Shown here: one piece after another, positions 55,322 through 64,000 of the stretch | How positions within the stretch are numbered: position 1 is the first letter of the stretch | How the letters are laid out: each line of letters starts with the position of its first letter | From: Octopus vulgaris | Taxonomy: Eukaryota | DNA length: 64,000 nucleotides | Direction: 5' to 3' | Assembly: GCA_951406725.2 (NCBI GenBank) | Contig: OX597839.1 | Span: 27,528,001 to 27,592,000, forward strand | The notes under the pieces: generated by a model | What the model was told of the DNA's origin: nothing | The model's database searches: none | What the model saw: the letters and a program-made list of their open reading frames with translations, nothing else | Position numbers and translations under genes: made by a program

Positions 55322-55618
55322 CCTAATGCCGTATTTTACGTTAGCTATTGTCTTAAATTACATTTTTTTTGTTTTACTTTCGTATGTCCATTTTGTGTTG
55401 TTTTGTTTGCTTCAGGTCCGACATTGTCTACGACTTTCGTAGGGGACCACCATTGTGGGAAGTTCTCAGTCTTATCATTAATGGTGCAAAACTGAGTATT
55501 ACCATTCTGGTTGATAACTGATGAAGAATTAGGGACCCTCTGTGTCTGACTCCCATCCGGTTGTACCCTCAATATACGCAGACTTATTTTTATATCTGTC
55601 GTTGTTTGTTTACAATGC

Positions 55619-55660
<42 letters not shown>

Positions 55661-55689
55661 GAATTTATATATACACACAGACATGTATG

Positions 55690-55742
<53 letters not shown>

Positions 55743-55805
55743 GTATACGTATATGTATATATATATATATATATATACATACATATCTATCTATCAATCT
55801 ATATA

Positions 55806-55860
<55 letters not shown>

Positions 55861-56110
55861 GTGTGTGTGTGTGTGTGTATGTGTATATGTATGTATGTAT
55901 ACATATATATGTATATATATATATATATGTATACATATATATTTATGTATGCATGTATGTAGATGTGTATAGATATGTCTGTATGCATGTGTGCACACAC
56001 ACAAGCACATTCAGTATGTGGTGTATGTATATGTGTATGTGTGTGTGCGTATGTGTGTGCGCGCGTATATATTTATGCATGTTTAAATATTTATGTATAC
56101 ATATTTATAA

Positions 56111-56163
<53 letters not shown>

Positions 56164-56375
56164 TCTACCAACGGCGGGAAACCATCACATGATCTCTTCT
56201 CTACCGAATGACATCACCAGGTTTGTTTGTCTTGTAGAGATATTCTTCTCGCTCACACGGTTACAGCAAATATTCCATCACGTTTAATAGCAGCAAATTG
56301 TATTAAACTTACACCTTTTCCGAGAATCTTTTGCGACATCAGATTTAACTTTGATGATGTCGCTTAGTGCACTAA

Positions 56376-56409
<34 letters not shown>

Positions 56410-56650
56410 AACAACAATCGTGAAATAACATAATTCTTGAGAAAATTTATACATCGTCTTTATGTGTATTTTATTTATCTTATTATTTTCATTTATTTGT
56501 CTTTATATTTTTATCTGCCTCGCTATCTATTTGTCTCTGATCGTCTCTTGTTAGTTTGTCTCTGTTAAGTTATCTATGAAGTCTGTCTGTCTGTCTTTCT
56601 ATGTAACTAACACTTCTCTGTATTTACTAAATATTATATATGCACATGCC

Positions 56651-56710
<60 letters not shown>

Positions 56711-56751
56711 TGTGAGTGTGTGTATGTATATAAATTTATATCTACGATTGC

Positions 56752-56827
<76 letters not shown>

Positions 56828-57063
56828 GCATACACACACACGCATATATGTATATGTATATGTATATAAATATGTATGTATGTATGCAAGTGTTTGTATG
56901 TTTCTGTGTATGTGCATGTGTGCGTATGTGTGTGTGTGTACACATATATATATATATATTTCAAATGTATATTTATGTATACACATTAATTATTATATGT
57001 GTTTGCTTGTTATGTATGCACACATATATATACTTATATATTTACATGCATGCATATATATGT

Positions 57064-57114
<51 letters not shown>

Positions 57115-57123
57115 GGTGTATAT

Positions 57124-57166
<43 letters not shown>

Positions 57167-57181
57167 GGTATGTATATGTGC

Positions 57182-57212
<31 letters not shown>

Positions 57213-57346
57213 GGTAGATAGATAGATATAGGTATAGATATAATTGTGTGTACATATATTATACATATATATACACATATATATACATATATATATACAC
57301 ACACATACCCCCACACACATATATATATATATACACATACCCCCCA

Positions 57347-57382
<36 letters not shown>

Positions 57383-57679
57383 AAAGTGAAAGGAGTTTCC
57401 AGAACCGACAACAAACTATTCATTACATATATTAGAAGAAAGTACATTTAATAATATAGTCTGTTGTGCGATAATACATCGTACATTATGCGTTTCATAT
57501 CCAGGGTTGCTATTGAACCATCATCAACCAATAAAAGCCGCTTTTACACAAATACCAACCTCACTCTTGATTTTTTTTTCCATCAGATTCATGGCGCGGA
57601 CATTATTCATTGCTTCGTTTTGTGACTTTGGTTCGCAAGCTTCTTGATATGAATTCTTGTATTGAAACAAATGTTGTTG

Positions 57680-57857
57680 TTGTGTCTTGTGAGGGCCATT
57701 ACCCCAATGATTACAATAAAAAAAACACGCACAGATTCAATTTCAATTCTTAATTGTTATTCAACTGAATAAACAATAAAGAAGTGCAATAAAGAATTGG
57801 AATTGGATCTGTGCGTGTGTTGTTATTATTGGCGCAATGACTCACTCACGACGCAAT
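57680..57857. repeat. Imperfect palindrome, about 180 bp
   Basis: ACACGCACAGATTCAATTTCAATTCTT pairs with AAGAATTGGAATTGGATCTGTGCGTGT, and the pairing extends outwards. Confidence 0.75.
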
Positions 57858-57892
57858 AAAATTCTACACATTATATATATATTAATAAAAAG

Positions 57893-58450
57893 CCGGTGGG
57901 CTGGCAGAATCGTTAGCACGCTGGGTGAAATACTTAGCGGTATTTCGCCCGTCACTAAGTTGAGTTCAAATTCCGCCGAGGTCGACTTTGCCTTTCATCC
58001 TTTCGGGATCGATTAAATAAGTACCAGTTACGCACTGGAGTCGATATAATCGAATTAATCCGTTTGTCTGTCCTTGTCTGTCCTCTCTGTGTTTAGCCCC
58101 TTGTGGGTAGTAAAGAAATAGGTATTTCGTCTGCCGCTACGTTCTGAGTTCAAATTCCGCCGAGGTCGACTTTGCCTTTCATCCTTTCGGGGTCGATTAA
58201 ATAAGTACTAGTTACGGACTGGGGTCCATATAATCGAATTAATCCGTTTGTCTGTCCTTGTCTGTCCTCTCTGTGTTTAGCCCCTTGTGGGTAGTAAAGA
58301 AATAGGTATTTCGTCTGCCGTTACGTCCTGAGTTCAAATTCCGCCGACGTCGACTGTGCCTTTCATCCTTTCGGGGTCGATAAATTAAGTACCAGTCAAG
58401 TGCCGGAGTCGATGTAATCGACTATTCTCCTCCCCACAAATTCCAAGCCT
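57893..58450 (+). mobile_element. SINE family B with body triplicated in tandem
   Basis: One head, then modules starting GGTATTTCG at about 57939, 58121 and 58304. Confidence 0.9.
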
Positions 58451-58665
58451 TGTGTCTTTAGCAGAAAAGATTACATAATAAATATTTCTGGGGTGAGTAA
58501 CTTTCTTTTGGCTGTTTAAATATAATGGGTGTTAATATCTCATAAAGCACGATTATGGAGTTGAATTTTAAATATACTTCTAATTGCTGTGTGAGCATGA
58601 ATATGGAAATTTAATGAAAGGAAGTTATGAAGATATTAACAGACGTAATGTTATACGGTATAATG

Positions 58666-58901
58666 AGGTGGTGAGTTGGCAGAAACGTTAACACGCCCAG
58701 CGAAATGCATAGCCGTATTTCGTCTGCCGTTACGTTCTGAGTTCAAATTCCGCCGAGGTCGACTTTGCCTTTCATCCTTTCGTGGTCGATAAATTAAGTA
58801 CCAGTTACGCACTGGGGTCGATGTATTCGACTTAATCCGTTTGTCTGTCCCTGTTTGTCCTTTCTGTGTTTAGCCCCTTGTGGGTAGTAAAGAAATAGGT
58901 A
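58666..58901 (+). mobile_element. SINE family B
   Basis: Collinear with 1152-1388. Confidence 0.9.
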
Positions 58902-59084
58902 TAATGAGCTACCCGGATTGGCGGCATAAGGTTTGACGCTCACGTAAGGCCCTCTAGAATCTTCTCCATGTCCATGTTTTACCTGCTTGTGTTGACCTTC
59001 TATAGTTTAAACTTAACGTTAATAACCTTGAAGTCACAGTTATTGGTGAGCCTGCAAATGTCATGGGCACGATAGGATAGAGAC

Positions 59085-59302
59085 CCATCCTGAGTCCTAT
59101 AGATACATAGGGTTGGTTTCCGTGGCGTATATATTCCCCTGGACGGGACGTCGGTCCGTCGCAGAGTTAATCATTTTTGGCAGCTGTGTTGACTGGAGCA
59201 ACGTGAAATGAAGTGTTTTGCTCAAGAACACAACGCATCTACCGGTCCAAGGAACCAAAACCGCAATCCTACGATAATGAACCACTAAGCCACGCACCTC
59301 CA
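59085..59302 (-). mobile_element. SINE family D
   Basis: Reverse complement of the tRNA head and CORE-like domain. Confidence 0.75.
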
Positions 59303-59617
59303 CTTCAAGGGTTATGGGCTCAGCCCCTTCCTCAAGGAAGGAAAAGATGGCCTCCTAGAAATATTTGGGAAGGCATAATGAGAGTTTGAGTCTCGGGAGG
59401 AAGAAGCTTCTAAGAATTCAAGAAGGCTGTTATGTTTTTTCTTTAAGGAAGGGCCCGACAAATAGTCGTGAGCTCTTTGTTGGTAACGCAGGTCCCGGAC
59501 CCATGCACCAGCTGAATCCTCCTCTCGTATCACACCAACAAACCACGCGCGTAAATGCACAAGAAAGTTCTCAAAGCATATTCTTCAGCATATTTACTCC
59601 TACGTGTGGGTGTCTAG

Positions 59618-59689
59618 ACAGACAGGCAGGCAGGCAGGCAAGCAGGCAAGCAGGCAAGCAGGCAAGCAGGCAGAAAGACAGACAGAGAA

Positions 59690-59743
<54 letters not shown>

Positions 59744-59803
59744 GGATAGAAAGATGGATAGATAGATAGATAGATGGATAGAAAGATAGATAGATAGATG
59801 GAT

Positions 59804-59858
<55 letters not shown>

Positions 59859-59901
59859 CAGGCAGGCAGGCAGGCAAGCAGGCAGAAAGACAGACAGAGA
59901 A

Positions 59902-59995
<94 letters not shown>

Positions 59996-60075
59996 GGAAT
60001 GAAGGAAGAAAGGAAGGAAGGAAGAAAGGAAGGAAGGAAGAAAGGAAGGAAGGAAGTGAGGGAGGAAGGAAGAGT
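59618..60075. repeat. (GGCA)n/(GATA)n/(GGAA)n compound repeat with a duplicated block
   Basis: GCAAGCAGGCAGAAAGACAGACAGAGAAATAGAT occurs twice. Confidence 0.9.
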
Positions 60076-60350
60076 GAGAGAGATGAAGTAAAATGAGTGT
60101 TTTATCAAAATATTTAATGAACAAATTCTCGTTTCTTTTGCTTTGCTTATTTACGTGATCTGTGACATCTTCATCTGCAACCATAGACACTCTAACTACA
60201 ATATGAGTCTTCCTTATAGTTTCCGTTTCGATATACAGGAATACACATAGAATTCTAAATATTGGTTATATGTGCAATTCAAAAATTATATCGCCCTATA
60301 TAAATTCACACACTCACACATGCACACACCCAGACATAAATATTAGGGCA

Positions 60351-60734
60351 TGGAAGCACTCCGTCGGTTACGACGATGAGGGTTCCGGTTGATCCGAATC
60401 AACGGAACAGCCGGCTCGTGAAATTAACGTGTAAGTGGCTGAGCACTCCACAGACACATGTACCCTTAACGTAGTTCTCGGGGATATTCAGCGTGACACA
60501 GAGAGTGACAAGGCCGGCCCCTTAAAATACAGGTACAACAGAAACAGGAAGTAAGAGTGAGAGAAAGTTGTGGTGAAAGAGTACAGCAGGGATCACCACC
60601 ATCCCCTGCCAGAGCCTCGTGGAGCTTTAGATGTTTTCCCTCAATAAACACTCACAACGCTCGGTCTGGGAATCGAAACCGCGATCCTATGACCACGAGT
60701 CCGCTGCCCTAACCACTGGGCCATTGCGCCTCCA
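60351..60734 (-). mobile_element. SINE family A, full length, with target-site duplication
   Basis: Reverse complement of 19301-19684, flanked by ATATTAGGGCAT on both sides. Confidence 0.93.
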
Positions 60735-61191
60735 CATATTAGGGCATATGTGTATATGCATATCTCCCTTTCTCTTCTCATCCTTCTTTATTCCGTTTTT
60801 CATTCTTTGTTTCTGATAAGTGACATGCCTCCGAAACGTCAAGACTCTTATTTCTTGCGTTAAAGTAATACATTTGCTAAAGCTTGTTTCTCTCGTATTG
60901 TCTTATTATTATGCCCATTGCTTAATATATATTATTGCTGGCCTGAATATGTCATTGACACGTCATCCTTTCAATGTGCATTATTTTCACCTTCGCAACG
61001 TAGAATTTCCCAAACATAGGCGCGACTGAAACACCCTTAGCAAATCCGTCCTTCTCCAAAGTTTGCCCATACTCTCTCCAACTCTTAATCCTAAACCGTT
61101 GACCAGCTCAAGCCTATATTTTTAAAACACTTATGTAATTTTTTGAGGGCGATTTGAGCCACCATTTTAGTATTTTTGCAACTGGCTAGAC

Positions 61192-61480
61192 CAGCGGTTC
61201 GCAACCGCAACTCCCAGGACCGCATGCGGCCTTGAAACATCCTTCCAACGGCCCTTGATCGTTTTTGTTTTACATCGAATCCAAAACTAGGAAATGTCCT
61301 TGCATGATTGCTAATGCACAGAAAAATGTCTTTGCATTTGATTCAAAATGTACGAAACACTCTTCAATAAACAAAATAACCGGTTGACTGACAAACATGT
61401 CAACCAGTTCTTGCATTTTGCATCTTCCACGATGAACCCTCATTTTGGCAAACTATTTCAAAGTGGAAAGCATTAAATTC
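61192..61480 (+). mobile_element. hAT (Charlie/SPIN-like) deletion derivative
   Basis: CAGCGGTTCGCAACC..CCGCATGCGGCC terminus and C-terminal peptide NRLTDKHVNQFLHFASSTMNPHFGKL. Confidence 0.6.
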
Positions 61481-61559
61481 TATTCCCTAACTTCTTTTTT
61501 TTTTTGTTACAGTCTTACCTCTATAAATTTAACACATTTTTCAATTTTTGAGTTGTCTC

Positions 61560-62110
<551 letters not shown>

Positions 62111-62537
62111 GTGTTTTTTTCTTAGTTTTTTTTTTTTGCATTTTCGCTTTTGGAGTGGGCCTCCTAAGAAAATCCAGGTTTTGGATTTGACCTGGATATT
62201 AAAAAGGTCAAGAACCACTGAGTTTAGGCTCTTTGTTATTGGGTTGATGACTTGTCAGTTCTTCCAATGGAAGGACTTGCTTTCAAAGCATCGCGATATA
62301 TTGCTCTTTGCAAAGACCTCAGGCACAAAACCATTGAACACTTAACACCCAAACGCAGTGGATCCGAGCAGAAACCATAAGTGCTTACGAAGCGAACTTG
62401 TTAATCACACAGTTACGCCTGACGCCTGACGCCTGTCTCCATGACTGACTTGGAATTTATTTTCCGTTTAATTCGACGGTTGAACCCAGGCACTTAACGG
62501 CACAATCTCGCTGTTCTTTTGTATTTGCAATCTTCAG

Positions 62538-62595
62538 ACCAGAACCGCAGACAGACGATGCCAGCGAACGAGATCCATTGTTGCACAGACAATAA
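62538..62595 (+). CDS. Candidate last coding exon of an unidentified host gene (PEPQTDDASERDPLLHRQ*)
   Basis: Pyrimidine tract plus TTCAG acceptor, unique non-repeat sequence, and an acidic dileucine motif. Confidence 0.3.
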
Positions 62596-63009
62596 GCAAT
62601 ATCGGTGTGGAATTTATCAATAGACAAAGCAAATGACCGACAAAGTATTATTGTTCGGGTCACGTTGGAATATCCACATTACGGCTTACGCCAGCGTGCC
62701 TGCGTATGCCAGAGCAGAGTGATAAAATAGACAGGAACGACAGAGGTGTTTAGTACGTGTGTAGGTAAGGGCAGACGCGCGGGTGAGCGGGTGAGTGAAC
62801 GGGTGGTCGTACGTAAGGTTTTGTAGGTTTGTGATCAGTTATTTGTTTGTTTGTTTTGTGTGTTTTGTTTGTTTGTTTGTTGGTTGGTTGGTTTATTTAA
62901 ATTTGTTTTACTGTATGTCTTTGATCGAATCGAGTTGTCTCGTTAAAGAAAGAAAGAAAGAAATGGAAGAGCACGGGACAATGGAGGCGGCAACGGTGAA
63001 GAGGATGAA

Positions 63010-63213
63010 GTAATAATAATAATAATAATGATGATGATGATGAAGATGATGAAGATGACACTGACGGCGACGTTGATGGTGATGGTGATGGTGATGGTGA
63101 TGACGATGACGATGATGACGACTACGAAGTCGACGATGTTGAAGAACTAATCACCAAACCAAAGTAACAACAACAACAACAGAAAAAAATAATTTGCAGC
63201 TTCTGTCTTTTAT

Positions 63214-63254
<41 letters not shown>

Positions 63255-63526
63255 ATCTTCTTCTTCTTCTTCTTCTTCTTCTTCTTCTTCTTCTTCTTCC
63301 TCTTCCTCTCCTCCTTCTTTTTCCTTATTATTATTGTTGCTATCATTGATGCTGCAGTTATCATGCTGGTTGTTATTACTTTTATTATCATTACTACAAC
63401 TATTATTATTATCATCATCATTATCATAATCACCATCATCATCATCATCATTATTATCATTATTATTATTGTTATTATTATTATTATCATTATTATTATT
63501 ATTAGTAGTAGTAGTAGTATTAGTAT

Positions 63527-63576
<50 letters not shown>

Positions 63577-63580
63577 TTGT
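63010..63580. repeat. Trinucleotide repeat field (TAA, GAT, CTT, ATT/ATC, AGT)
   Basis: Seen directly. Confidence 0.93.
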
Positions 63581-64000
63581 TGTTGTCGTTGGGTTTTACT
63601 TTTTATTTTCTTGTTTTCTTATTCGTTTTCCCGTCTTATTTTGTAATCAACTGGCAGACTGTTGAGTCGAGCGCCGGTGAATAACAAGCGACAACCAACA
63701 CAAAAGGGTCCTCCATTTTCTTTTCGGTAACAACGAAGACGCTTCAAAGATTATAATTACCTTTTTTTTATGTATTTTCTCTTTCATTTATTTTATTTTA
63801 TTTTATTTATAATTTATTTCATGTAATTTTATTGCTTCGTATATTTTTTTTTGTTTTGTTTTCTAAAAAAAAAAATCAAATGAAATATAAAGAAACAAAA
63901 AAAATGAACTACAAGCCACCGTTACAAAAGTGAATGATAGCAACAATAGCAATGGCTGCCACAGACAACAGCAACAACAAGAAGAACAAACAACAACTAC

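Noticed and set aside
55416-55520. Exon after the TTGCTTCAG acceptor
   Set aside because: All frames stop within about 35 codons, with no strong donor or homology.
57893-58450. CRISPR-like array
   Set aside because: These are tandem SINE modules with no unique spacers, in a eukaryotic context.

Overview
Eukaryotic, very AT-rich and microsatellite-saturated DNA. The tRNA-derived SINE families and the (TA)n/(TACA)n/(GATA)n density point to an octopod cephalopod (inferred, not verified). No intact host gene is visible, so the window looks intronic or intergenic, and almost all ORF-track entries are translations of microsatellites. It holds at least 4 tRNA-headed SINE families and decayed DNA transposons (maT-like, mariner, Tc1-like and hAT MITEs, Helitron-like elements). 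Retroelement relics include two Tx1/L1 3' ends, R4-like and HERO-like endonuclease tails, a Penelope-like GIY-YIG fragment and an LTR with a tRNA-Trp primer binding site (PBS). The most notable signals are: (1) several small repeat families carrying minimal hammerhead-ribozyme motifs with covarying stems, some at the centre of foldbacks; (2) a 4.6 kb tandem array at 9.3-13.9 kb whose (ACC)n tracts are bracketed by inverted repeats, with a 354-aa poly-Thr frame and a terminal fusion to a Tx1 3' end; (3) a Tx1 element inserted in (TATC)n; (4) a candidate exon with an ERDPLL dileucine motif. All alignments were done by eye, so coordinates are approximate to a few bp.
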